64,000 nt of DNA, from assembly GCA_013239625.1 (NCBI GenBank), contig MU054001.1, positions 7,634,746-7,698,745 on the forward strand, read 5' to 3'. This DNA comes from Lama guanicoe. Lineage: Eukaryota. This document shows positions 50,417 to 62,725 of the stretch, one piece after another; the first letter of the stretch is position 1, and every line of letters starts with the position of its first letter. The position numbers and the translations under genes are program-made. The notes under the pieces were generated by a model that did no database searches, was not told the DNA's origin, and saw only the letters and a program-made list of their open reading frames with translations.

Positions 50417-53400
50417 GAGTATTGGATCTTTACCCAAGGATATATTACTAAGCTTCACAAAGAAACATACAGTGTCCTTTTAATAATTCAATTAAACTTT
50501 TCAGCAATGTAACATAACAGCAAGGAATAATCTGGGAAGTATCTTACTAAATATAGACCTCAATTAACAAAATGAGAATTTAATATCCACTAAAATATAA
50601 TCTTTTTCTCTCCAAAGTTCCCTCATTTTTATCAAATATAGTCAAATCAAGATGAATTTGTTTACAAGTTAAGTCTGATTATTTGATCATTTAGGCTCTT
50701 TTAAATTGACTGTTTTTGAACTTTTAATAAGGACTTTTAAGCTAGAATATTAATAAGGTTTTCTAAAGCCAGGAAAGCCCCATCAAGGGCTTGTCATAGA
50801 TTTCTGCCTAACAGATTTAGGTAAATTATTTTCTTTTTGAAGTACTTAAAATACCTTGATATTCCTATACCTGTTAGGAGACGATCTTCCTAATTTATCT
50901 GATAGAGCCACTGGGGACATAAAGCTTTTTAGTCTCTTGAGGGATCAGATAGAGAGAAAAGATAACTGTTCTAAGTCTGCTTACATAGGTATAATTAATG
51001 AAATTGCCATTAATCATAACTAGTTTAAGGAGAAGAGTTTCTTTATGTCTGGGAAACACGTTAAAAGCCAGTAGTATTTTAGACAAAATGAAAAATTATA
51101 ACCATATTCATCAGTTTAGTCAGTCCCACGTAACTAATTCTTTTAATCAGAATTTTCATTAGACCTTTAAAATTTCTTACCCAGTTTATTTCAATGCTAT
51201 AGTTTGAAATTTATTAGAAATCAGTAAATCTCCTTGAAGAGAGAGTATTTTGCAAAATCATCAGAAGAAAACAGTTACCTGCCTATAAATGACAACAGAT
51301 TTAACAGCATGCTTATAAAACGTTACACTGTAATCTATCTATAAAGAAACCTGGTCACAATAAACAGAATTATGACTGTTAACATTTCAGATATACCAGA
51401 AATTTAGGGAGTCCATATAATTTCTAGAATATCTATATTAATAATATTTTCTCATACAATATAACCTAGGAAGATTTATTATTCATTTGACAATACTTCC
51501 CATGTTATTTAACATGCCAAATGAAACTTATTACTTTAAAATCTCTCTTTGAGATGTTTCAGGGGCCCTTTTTAGCATCTCAAATTTAACTGCAGCCTAA
51601 AAGAATTTTAATGATAAATTGATATTTGGGGAGCTTGTTAAAAGTTTTCAAAACACTTGGTCAGATAAATGTATAGATCACTGAAAAGTAGTACTTACTC
51701 ATTAACAAGAAAATACGTCAACTGTAAAGGCAAAACAGATCACTTAAGTCGCATAAGAAGCTTTACAATTTCTTACTGAAGGTGGATTAATATTTTAAGA
51801 AAATTTTGTCCCCTTAACAGAGAGAAAACCAAATCTAGTCTTGTACCAGCTTACTTCTAAGATTCATTTGCTTTGCCCAAATTGATTCTAAACTTAGCCA
51901 ATTCCGACCACGTACAAAACTCTGTCCTCATGGTTCCTCTTCCACAAGTCTTCCACAGCTTTCTATACTCGTATTAGTGTGTCCCTTATTTTTTCTTCCA
52001 TTCAGAAGTAACCAGCTTCAAGACAAAGTCACTATTTTTCATTAACAATATATAATTCCATTCCTTTTATCTTCCTGTACACATTTATTTTACCTTCCTA
52101 GAATACTGAGATCTTTCCCTTAATAATAGAGACTATTTCAGAGTGGCACCAAGCATTTATTAATATTTTTGAACACCTTTAGTTTCTCTGTAAGAGGAAG
52201 TCAAATGTTAAGTAATTCATATTTCAATCTTATTTTATCTCAAAATGGCATAGCTATTAAATAAAATCCTATCATTTAACTTAATTTAACACAACTCTAG
52301 AATTTAGATACCAAACATTTAGAGATTATCTTAAGCATACATTTTAAATATATATTTTAAAAAATTTACCCAAAACTCTCATCTCATTTGCATTTAATTT
52401 ACTTAAAATTTTATCTCACCACAATACTATTATATTTTTTTGACAACTCTGCAACAGATATAACAGGATCTTATTTGACTTTCATTAAACCTAGGTACAG
52501 TAAAGGTATTATACTTAATATTGATGACTTTAAAGATGTCTATATTAATTAGAACATATTTAAACTAAACAATACCATGTATTATCTTAATATTGAATAT
52601 TTTCCAGTTCACGTGAACCTGAAGATCAACTTGGTCAGTTTTTATTTTAAAAATACTTAATTTGAAATGTCTTACTTTTTATGTCAATTAAGCAGAGCTC
52701 TTTGACATCTTTTTTTTTTTTTTCCTGTAGAAATATCTCATACCTATAATGTGTATGCTGGCTTATTAACAGACAAAAGCTAGAGATCTCATAGCTTCAC
52801 TTTAAAACTTATTTATAAGATAGGTATAATAATAGCTGGAGTAAGCTGAATTTGCTTGCCCTAATCACTAAGGCTTACTAGTTATGAAAAAGACATTTAA
52901 GATTTCTTGACAAATTCTGAAGGACCCCTCAGAGTTCTGAGTTCTAAAATGCCAAAAATTTCTTTGAACTTAAGGTTTGTCTCATTGAGCTAATTAGGCT
53001 CAGTCCTAGGTCACTGTTTACTGTATTTACATTTCTGATCCGCAAGACAATGACAGACACTTCCAGTTCCCCAGAGAACTGCTCTGTCACCTAGGTCCAA
53101 TTGTATCTCCTTTTTTGTATCAGTGAGAAGAGCTGTAAACAAAGAATTCCATGTTTTAAACTTTAAGGTTTAATTTATCTTGTCTTCCAAAGCTTGCAAA
53201 AGGCATTTAGTAAGGTCTCTTTTCCGTGAGTTATAAGTTCAACCCGGGGTAAACCTATTATTATATATTTTTATTAGCCAATGAATATTAGTTTTTATTT
53301 TTACGTTATATTCGACGGCTCATTTAACTCTACTGGTTTCCTTTAGTTTGTTCAATTAATATTTTCTGAGGGACAGAAATGTGCCCATCTTTGTAATACC

Positions 53401-53734
53401 AAGAAGGGGAAGCATTTTTCTATTGAGCCATATCTATCCCACAACATAATTAAGCAAAAAGTTTATATAAAGCCCATTTAAACATACCAATTTACAAACT
53501 TTTATCTCAATTTTATTAACCCTTCTACCTTTAATTTTAATATTTATGAGGTTTAATCAAATGTTTTTATTCCTTGAAGGAGTGCCAGAAGCCTTTTTCT
53601 TCTTTTCTTTACTTTCTCTCTTTTTTTTTTTTCCACTGTATCTTATTTTATAGAAAAGTCTCTGGGATCGTCAAGTTTGAGCCAAAGAACTTAGGCCCTT
53701 GTCAACTTTTAGTTTGATTAATTGATATGTTGTG

Positions 53735-54211
53735 NNNNNNNNNNNNNNNNNNNNNNNNNNNNNNNNNNNNNNNNNNNNNNNNNNNNNNNNNNNNNNNNNN
53801 NNNNNNNNNNNNNNNNNNNNNNNNNNNNNNNNNNNNNNNNNNNNNNNNNNNNNNNNNNNNNNNNNNNNNNNNNNNNNNNNNNNNNNNNNNNNNNNNNNNN
53901 NNNNNNNNNNNNNNNNNNNNNNNNNNNNNNNNNNNNNNNNNNNNNNNNNNNNNNNNNNNNNNNNNNNNNNNNNNNNNNNNNNNNNNNNNNNNNNNNNNNN
54001 NNNNNNNNNNNNNNNNNNNNNNNNNNNNNNNNNNNNNNNNNNNNNNNNNNNNNNNNNNNNNNNNNNNNNNNNNNNNNNNNNNNNNNNNNNNNNNNNNNNN
54101 NNNNNNNNNNNNNNNNNNNNNNNNNNNNNNNNNNNNNNNNNNNNNNNNNNNNNNNNNNNNNNNNNNNNNNNNNNNNNNNNNNNNNNNNNNNNNNNNNNNN
54201 NNNNNNNNNNN
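53735..54211. other. Assembly gap (N run)
   Basis: 477 consecutive N, abutting a (TA)n microsatellite. Confidence 1.
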
Positions 54212-54264
<53 letters not shown>

Positions 54265-54300
54265 TATATATATATATATACACATATATATATATACACA
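54212..54300. repeat. (TA)n/(CA)n microsatellite
   Basis: Directly visible. Confidence 0.95.
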
Positions 54301-54827
54301 TACTCATTTTAAACCAATAAAATGAAGAGGTTTTTCCACATGAGAGTGGGGGTGTTGCCTAAATAAAATTCAAAAGTTCCCTCTCCAAAAGATAAAGGCA
54401 TTTGTGGTCCAGGCTGATGCAACAAAGTTTAAGATAGCAAAATGCCTAAAAATTGGTGGAAAGGATAGTTTAGAATCCCAATTTATTTGTGTGGCCACCA
54501 TATGTACACAATACTTGTACCTTTTGCATGGCAGAGTCCAACTTTTTCTTTGAAAAAGAAAGGAAACACATATATACATACATACACACACATAAAACAC
54601 CAAGAGAAAGTTAAAACATTTACATTTCAAAGACACAGGAAGAGAAATCCAAGTTCCTCCTAAAGGGGTTTTGGATTTTATAAGTTCATAATTCCAAAAA
54701 ATGTTTTTATCAGGCCTGGTTAGTTACTTTAAGAGTGAGATTTTTTTTTTTAAATTCCAATTAAAGTTGTAAGTTTTGTATGTATATAAACCTGGCTGGG
54801 GTATTAGTTGGAGGCTGGCAATCTGTC

Positions 54828-54992
54828 ATTTCTTTTTCTTTTTTTCATTTTCTTTCTTTTTTTTTTTCTTTTTTTTTTTCTTTTTTTTCTTTTATTTCTT
54901 TCTTTCTTTCTTTCTTTCCTTCCTTCCTTCCTTCCTTCCTTCCTTCCTTCCTTCCTTCCTTCCTTCCTTCCTTCCTTCCTTCCTTCCTTTTC
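54828..54992. repeat. T-rich, (TTTC)n and (TTCC)n simple repeat
   Basis: Directly visible polypyrimidine run. Confidence 0.95.
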
Positions 54993-55648
54993 TGAAAGTT
55001 CTATTCCCCATTCTAAGGTAGGGTTGTCAGTATAAAATTGCTAGTAGGTTTTCCCACAGGGACAACTCTATGGAATGAAGTCTTTGTCTCTACCACTCCT
55101 GCAAGTTTCTCTGTCACCCGAGAAAGCTATTACCAGCCAGGAGGAGGGTCCCATTTTTGGAGCTGAAAGTTTCCTCATAAGTGTTTTACTTTTATCACGA
55201 AAAATTCAATGGAGGTAACCAAATTGAGGAGAGCATTAGACAAGCCTCTTACCTAACCACTCAGTCCTGACCCCAGAGGCTTTCAATTTCAACATGGACC
55301 CACTCGGGACGTCTCCACTGGGCATTTTCCTGGTATCTTTCAACCAGCCGCACCTCGGACATCTCCTAAAGGTGGGTATTTCCCGTTATCTTTCAACCAG
55401 GCCCCACCCAATATGTCTCCACTGGGTGGGTAATTCACCCCAGTCTCTTTCAACTGGAGGGCCAGGTACCTGGATACACTGCCAAATAAAACTCAGGATT
55501 ATCAACCAATATGGGAGATCCGAGAACCAGGACAGACTCACCCAAATTCATCTGGACTCCCCACAGAGGCGGATGGGCACATAGGGCCACTGCTGGTACC
55601 AAGGTTCCGGTTACTCGGAGAGTTCAGGTGGAGAGAAGTCTGCTCTGG

Positions 55649-55666
55649 GTCCCTTCATGGTGTCCA
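55649..55666 (-). other. Primer-binding site, tRNA-Arg type
   Basis: Minus strand TGGACACCATGAAGGGAC, 15/18 identical to the recalled HERV9/HERV-W-type Arg PBS TGGCGACCACGAAGGGAC, 4 nt from the LTR. Confidence 0.7.
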
Positions 55667-55670
55667 AAAC

Positions 55671-56147
55671 TGTTGACTGAAATACATGTGCAGCCTAAAA
55701 GTTAAGAGTTATATTTGTTTGGCGGGAGGACTCGAGCCGGGATGACAACCTCTCAGATCGCTCTGAGGGACTGCTCCGAAGAGTTTGGGGAGGAGCTAGG
55801 ATATATAGGTGCTTTACAACAAAGACCAGGTAGTTGGAACAATAAAACATTGCCTGTTATCTAAAGAAAGCCAGGTATCTCAAGTTAAAGAATTTAGTGC
55901 TCTTCTATGCATCATTTGGGCTCACAGGATTCATTCTTTAGACAAACACCTAGCTATCTAGGGCAAGTATCCTGTCTTTAATTATTCTCATTCTGTTCAG
56001 AGGACACCATTGTGAGTGGCCTTAGAGGGTGAGCTTCAGACCTGTCCTCCCTGGGGGGTGGCTGCAGCCGCTGATGACTTGGTTTCAGCATTCTTTGTTT
56101 ACTGGCATGGTTGTAGTATTTTCATTCACACTGTATTTTCATTCACA
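55671..56147 (-). mobile_element. 5' LTR of the provirus
   Basis: TGttgactgaa...ttcattcaCA followed by the GACT TSD; the PBS is adjacent on the inner side. Confidence 0.9.
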
Positions 56148-58482
56148 GACTGATTGTGGATAATCTGGAAACTTGGAAAGGAACCAAGATGGAATTACTG
56201 CAGGTACCTTCTACGTTAATATTCCGTGTGCAAACATAAACAGGGATGAAGAATACATTTGAATTTGGTGGTATAGGGAAGGATTTCTTCACATTACAGG
56301 AGAAGGCAAGGCAGAATTCCTACTCTTTGTTGACAAGGATGTGGGTCTACCCGTCTTTTCTGTAGCGGTTTCTGAGAGCATTTTATGGTAATTAACGAAC
56401 ATTGACAAACGGTGTCACACATTGCATTTAAGAGCTGGCCTGTGCAGACTTGTGTATTGGACAGGTGGGTTTCATAGGCAAGTGGCCAGGTGGATTGGAG
56501 GGAGATGTAGCCCAGGCCTGGGCTCAGATTCAAGTTTAAATCGCCGTTTCCTCACCAAAGGGCCTTGGACTAGAGTGTAACCTCCCTTAAACTGTTGGTG
56601 AATCTGTGAAATGTGCATTATAATATTCGTTTCTTCCTGGGTTTATTGTAAGTTGTAAACAGTATTATAACACACATGAGACACTTAACAAACAGGCACT
56701 TAGCAATGTTCACTGTGTCCGTCCGCCCCGCTTAGCGTGTGTCAGAGCCGTACAGGTAGCATGTGCCTGTTGAGGATGCACTGGTAGCCCCTTGGCTAGG
56801 TTGTGAATTTGGTGATTTCCTTTAATCCTTGAAACTCTATGTGCTATGGGCAGTTATTTTCATGGACAGATGAGGAATCTTAGGGTAAAGAAGACTGTAT
56901 AATTTGCCCAACGTCAGACTACAATTTTGGGTGCAGGGGCCTCGGCTCAGCATGGGCCCCTGGGCCTTCTGCCCTCTCCGTTTAGCCCCAGAGCCAGATG
57001 TCGGGTCGCCTGTCTCCTAGCCCAGAATATCCAGCAGGAAGCAACACAAACCTGGACCTGTGCTGCTAAAGCAAAATCTCTGGAAGGGAGGCAGGTACTA
57101 AAGGGATAAATGTAAAAACAGAGGACAGCAAACTGTGATCAGCTCTGAGAAGGAAAGCAACACACCTCGCCTTGCAGAGATGGGAAATTTCCCTTTGGGG
57201 CTGATGAGGGGGTGTTCATTTCAGCTAAACAAACTCTGCTGCTGCACCAAGGCAGGAAGTTAGGGCACGTGTGACCAGGTTGACTGGGCCTCGTTGATCA
57301 TACTCATTCCGCATTAAGCGGCAGCTGTCACGGGCACTTACCTAGTAAACAGATGTCGGCCATAATCCTCACGCACTTTGCTTGGTAGTTTTATGGGCCC
57401 CACCTTTGAGATGAGGTCATTGAAGCTGGGGAGTTTGCTGCATGCCCGTGATTACCTTGGAAATACCCCCACTGGTTTTTCAACCTAGACTGGTGTGGCT
57501 ATTATATTCCAGCCCTGTGAATGGCATCGGGTAGCTTCTCCCAAGTGGCCCAAATGACTGACATTGATTTTCTTAAATCGTAGGAAATGGTATGTGACAA
57601 TAAGAGAAAAAGATAGTAAGAAATTGGAAAACTAGGACAAAATCCAATACTTCCCCAGCTGGGGAAGCGTACCCAGTGTCACCCACCCCACTCACTGCCT
57701 GGCATCTCCTCCCTGCTGACTCAGTGTTCAGAAGCCACTCTGAGCCTTTGAAGAACATTTTGTCTTGTGACACTGTTGACTAAGGCCTGTGACCTCTCTG
57801 TCACTGGTTAACTGTCACTTCAAAGCCATTTAAATTTTATGCAGGCTACTCCACTCAGATGTAAGAAAAGCCTCTTTAAACTTCTTGAAGCAGCTCCTTA
57901 ATGAAGATCTTGCGAAGGAAACCTAGTCAAAACCTGGGATGTATGCACATAGTGACTGTAACCTCAGCATTTTGTGAAGTTCAGAATCAGAGGGGTGGTC
58001 GACTCAGGAAAGGCTTTTTAAGGTAGAAAGAGGAAAGTGAAAGGACATAGGCTGTGTGAGACTGAAACATCTGCGTTCCAGCCAGCAAGGCACCTGGGTT
58101 CAGGATGGTGTGTGGAGAGTGCAAAGTTCTCACAAAAAAGAAGTGGTGGGATGTGATGGAGAACAGATAGATTCTTTACTAGGGAAGGAAAAAGTGGGCT
58201 GCAAATTCCTGGTTGAACAAGAGGACTGTGACATGATGTGCTTGTATTTTGGAGAGAAGGGTTTTGTAGGGACAGGCCTAGGAGAACGCTCTCTGGCTGG
58301 GGAGTCAGCACAACTGGGAACCACAGAGAACCAGGCCGACCCAAAGGCCCCTGCTGGGGGATGGGCTGCCTGCCAATTCTATCCCTGGGGGCTGCTTCTG
58401 TCTCTTAGCTGGGGCCTCAGAGCTCCCATCACAACCCAGTCCTATTGATACAAGAATAAAAACGTGGGCATGAGAAGGGCTG

Positions 58483-59062
58483 TGTTCCAGGCTTTGGTTG
58501 AGCCCCTGGGATGTGCCCCACCAGACGTGGGTCCTTGGCTTCATGCAGGAAAGAATTCAAGAGCAAGCCACTGTTGAGTAAAGGTAGATTTATTCACAGA
58601 GACACATTGAAAGGCAAGAGAAAGGCCACGAGGTGTGGGGGTTGGGTGCTCAGATTAAAAGTGGTACACACTCCACAGAGTGTGGGCCTTCTCTGAAGAC
58701 TAAGAGACGGTTGACCGCGAGGTGGCGCTGTGTTGCTGGTTTTCATGGGCTTGGTTGAGTCATATGCTAATAAGTAGAAGGAGCAGCATAAGTGGAAGGG
58801 GCTGGGATTCCCAGGGATTTGGCCATTTCCTACCCTGTGACATTTTGTGTCTAGCCTTGAAATGGCCATGGTGCCTGGGGGCGTGTTATTCACCATGTTA
58901 CTATTACAATGGGTGTATAATGAAGCTCAAGCTCTGCTACAAATTAAATCTCTTCATCCTGAGCCTCAAGGACTATTGGGGTTTGAATCCTTCACCATCT
59001 TGATGTTAATTGCTGTGGCCTTCCTTGAATGGCTGTGCTCTGTCCCCTTCCATCCTGTCTCA
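58483..59062 (-). mobile_element. Solo ERV LTR (family distinct from A and from the provirus)
   Basis: TGttccagg...cctgtctCA, about 580 bp, with a minus-strand AATAAA near 58590 and ctg on both flanks. Confidence 0.6.
58713..58730 (+). promoter_or_regulatory. Strong CTCF-like motif within the solo LTR
   Basis: gaCCGCGAGGTGGCGCtg matches the CTCF core and retains its CpGs. Confidence 0.55.
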
Positions 59063-59359
59063 CTGTGATGACACAGAGAGAGCAAAGGCAGGGCCCTGCC
59101 TGTGCTCCTGCATTTAACAGGGGGAGGTTTGGGGTGGGCTGAGAATGATTCTGAGTGGTGAGAAGGATGTTTCAGATTTTCCCACGTGGGACATGGGGAC
59201 GTGCCAGCAGCCACCACAGATTTATCTCACGGGCATTATCACTCGTGTCACTCATTTTTTTCTTTTTCTTTTTTTTTTTTTTAAGGATTTAATCTAAATT
59301 TAATATCAGGAATTTTTAGGAAAGAAATTTCTCTTTTTCTTTTCTATGGGGCTCTTTTA

Positions 59360-59470
59360 GGGGGTAGGTAATCAGGTGTATTTATCTGTTAGTGGAGGCC
59401 CTGGCGCTTGAACCCAGGACCCCGTGCACGTTAAGTACTCTCTCTACCACTGAGCTTTACCACCTGCCCC
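59360..59470 (-). mobile_element. tRNA-derived SINE (Vic-1-like)
   Basis: ttgaacccaggaccccgtgcacgttaagtactctctctaccactgagct. Confidence 0.65.
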
Positions 59471-60459
59471 ATCATCTTTTACTTTTTGTTTTAGCTGCCA
59501 AGAATCTTACAGCTGAATTTCTAGTCAGGCTTTAACACTTACCCTGACTTCATGGCATCCGTTTTTATGACTTTACCTCCCCCTGGTTTCATTTAAGTAT
59601 TGAATCTCCATTTTCTCTTCACTCTCAACTTTGTCTTTTTGTTGTTATGGTTGTTATGCTGTGTTTAAAAATTGTTTAATTTCTCTTTTAGCAGGAGGCT
59701 GAAAGTAAATAAATATGTAAACAAACAGCACAGTTAAATGTTTTATACATTCTAAGCTGTTTAGTAGTTACCTAAAAATCGAATTGAGTACTAAAGTGAT
59801 AACATTTTTAAATTATTTTTTAATTTTTATAAGGTATAGCTGATTTACAATATGATATGTTTCAAGTGTACAATATTTGCACAATTTTTATTGTTATGCT
59901 CCATTTCTAGTTATTGTAAAACATTGGCTATATTCCCTGTGTTGTAAGATACATCCCTGTTGCGTGTTTATGTTACATGGAGCAGTTTGTATAAGAAAGT
60001 TGGGTAATATAGAGTCTGGGGCGTGGCTCTGTCTAACACGTGTTCATGGTCACTCTGCCTGTCAGAGCCCAGGCCCTCACTCCTGTCTGCAAGGGAGTGA
60101 GTGGGGGCAGCCCTCATCAGTGCTGCCACCACCCTCTGAGTGGCAGTGACAGCAGTGAATGTCTGTGGGCATGCAAAGTATTGTTCCAGGAGCTTTACAT
60201 GCATTTTTGCATTTAATAATTAAAGCCCTTCTGTGAGGAATCATTTTATGTTTTTAATGTAAAATACACTTTATTTTGATATTGATAGACTTCAAACTTC
60301 CAGAAAATTAACCAGAATAGTACAATAAATGCTTAGATACAGTTCACATAAAAGGGCACTTTTTGCCCTTTTGTGTCTGGCTTATTTTAGTATAAACTTT
60401 CAAGGTTCATCCATGTTGTAGCCTCAATCAGTAATTTATTCTTTTGGTTTGATAATATC

Positions 60460-61940
60460 CTTTTTCTTTTTTTTTCATTTTTTGTCTATTTAAAAATATT
60501 TTAATTGAATTTTAGTCAGTTTATAATGTTGCATCAGTTTCGTGTGTACAGCACAACACTTCAGTTATATAGGAATATACCTGTATTCATTTTCATATTC
60601 TTTTTCAACATAAGTTACTGTAAGATATTAAATTATTCTCCTGTGCGATACAGTATAAACTTGCTGTTTATTCTATACATACTCAGTATCTGCAAATCTT
60701 GAACTCCCAATTTATTCCTTCCCACATCCTCTCCCCTCTGGTAACCATAGTTTGGTTTCTATATCTCTGTGCTGTTTCTGTACTGTAGATAAGTTTATCT
60801 TTTTGTTTCTTTGTTTTTTCTTTTCTTTTTTTTTTTCAGATTCCACATGTGAGCAATCTCATATGGTATTTTTCTTTCTCTTTCTGGGTTACTTCACTTA
60901 GAATGACATTCTCCAGGTCCATTGATGTTGTTGCAAATGGCATTATTTTATTATATTTTTATGAGTGAATAGTAGTCTATTATACAAATATACTACAAAC
61001 TCTTTATCCAGTTATCTGTCAGTGGACATTTAGCTTGTTTCCATGTCTTGCTAATGTAAATATTGCTGCTGTGAATATTGGGGTGTAGGTGTATTTTTTA
61101 ATTATGGATCCTTCTGGATATATGCCCAGGAGTGGGATTGCTGGGTCATATGGGAGGTCAATTTTTTGTCTTTTGAGGAACCTCTATGCAATTTTCCACA
61201 ATGGCTCCACCATACTGCATTCCCACCACAGTTTATGAGTTTTCCCAATTCTCCACAGACTCTCCAGCATTTATTGTTTGTGAACTTCTGAATGATGTGT
61301 ATTCTGGCTGGTAAGAGGTGATATATGATTGCAGTTTTGATTTGCATTTCTCTGATAATGATATTGAGCATTTTTTCATGTGCCTATTGGCCACTTGTAT
61401 GTCTTCATTGGAGAAATGTTTCTTTAGGTCTTCTACCCATTTTTGGATTGAATTGTTTGTTTTTCTTTCTTATTAAGGGTAAAAGCTGTTTAAATATTCT
61501 GGGAATTAAGCCCTTGGCAGTCTCATTTATTGCAAATATTTTCTCCCATTACATAGTATGTCTTTTTGTTTTGCTTACAGTTTTCTTTTCTGTGCAAAAG
61601 CTTGTAAGTTTAATTAGATCCCACTTGTATATTTTTGCTTGTATTTCTATTACTTGAGTAGACTGCTCTAGCAGAATATTGCACAGATGTATGTCAAATA
61701 TTTTGCCTATGTTTTCTTCTAAGAGGTTTATAGTGTCTTGTCTACATGTTTAAGTCTTTAAGCCATTTTGAATTTATTTTTGTGAATGCTGTGAGGGAGT
61801 AGTCTAACTTCATTGATTTACATGCAGCTGTCCAGTTTTCCCTACACCATTTGCTGAAGTGGCTGTCTTTACTCCATTGTATGTTCTCAAATCCTTTGTC
61901 AAAGATTCAATGACCTAAAGATTGTGGGTGTATTCTTGGT
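60460..61940 (-). mobile_element. Younger L1 3' fragment (ORF2 C-terminus plus 3' UTR) nested in an older L1
   Basis: The minus-strand [40 protein letters not shown] is the L1 ORF2 C-terminus. Poly(T) tail near 60460. The older L1 sequence stops near 60455 and resumes near 61940. Confidence 0.9.
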
Positions 61941-62064
61941 AATTTTGTTTAAACATTCATTGATGGATAGATATTGTTTGTAACCTTTGGCTACTATGAA
62001 TGATACTACTATGAATATTGATGTGCATATTTTTGTGAGAATAGGTTTTCATTCTGTTGTCTGT

Positions 62065-62204
62065 AAGTTGGCCCACCATATCTGTTGTTTCCATTTCATG
62101 GATCCAGATGGCTGATTGTAAAGAGACTCGAACATCCTTGGATTATGGAATCCAGGGTGGGGGTTTCCTAAAACCAACCCCCCGGGGAATCTGAGGGATA
62201 ACTC
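62065..62204 (-). mobile_element. Internally deleted MER2-like (Tigger) element inserted in L1
   Basis: agttggcccaccatatc ... gaacatccttggatt ... gagggataactc with TA on both flanks; matches the recalled MER2 termini. Confidence 0.6.
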
Positions 62205-62612
62205 TATATGTAGGAATGGAATTGCTGGGCCATATAACTCTAAGCTTTTGAGGAAACACCAGACTTCTCCAAAGAAGCTGCACCACTGTCCCTTTCCACT
62301 GGCCGCATCTGAGGTTCCTTTGCCTCCTGAACGACACTTGTTATTGTCTATGTTTTGATTATAACCATCATAGTGGGTGTAAAATGAGATCTCATTTTGA
62401 TTTTGATTTGGCTAGTGATGTTGAGCTTCTTTTCATATGCTTATCGGCCATTTGTGTATTTATTTAAATCCTTCACAAATTTAAATATTGGGTCGATTTT
62501 CTTTGTATTGTTCTGTTGTAAGCATTTGTTATATATCCTGAATACTAGACTCTTATAAAATACATGCTTTACAAAATTTTTCTCGTATTCTGCAGAGTGT
62601 CTTTTCACTTCA

Positions 62613-62725
62613 GTTTTTTAAACATTAAAACAATTTCTTTACAGGGGAGGTAATTAGATGTATTGATTTATTTTATTTTTCTTGCTAAGCATGCACTCTA
62701 TCACTTGAGATAGCCCCTTCCCCTG
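62613..62725 (-). mobile_element. Truncated tRNA-derived SINE inserted in L1
   Basis: gctaagcatgcactctatcacttgag with a ggggaggtaattag tail; tttcactt is duplicated on both sides. Confidence 0.55.

Larger units (their letters stand above)
48870..56147 (-). mobile_element. ERV1-class provirus-like element, non-autonomous or decayed
   Basis: Two homologous LTRs (48870-49356 and 55671-56147), a 4-bp TSD GACT on both flanks, and a PBS and PPT in the expected positions. The internal region is AT-rich with an integrase C-terminal remnant. Confidence 0.9.

Noticed and set aside
53671..54325. ORFs of about 200 aa
   Set aside because: Artefacts of the N gap and the (TA)n repeat.
54776..55035. Phe/Leu/Pro/Ser-repeat ORFs
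   Set aside because: Translations of the (TTCC)n/(TTTC)n microsatellite.
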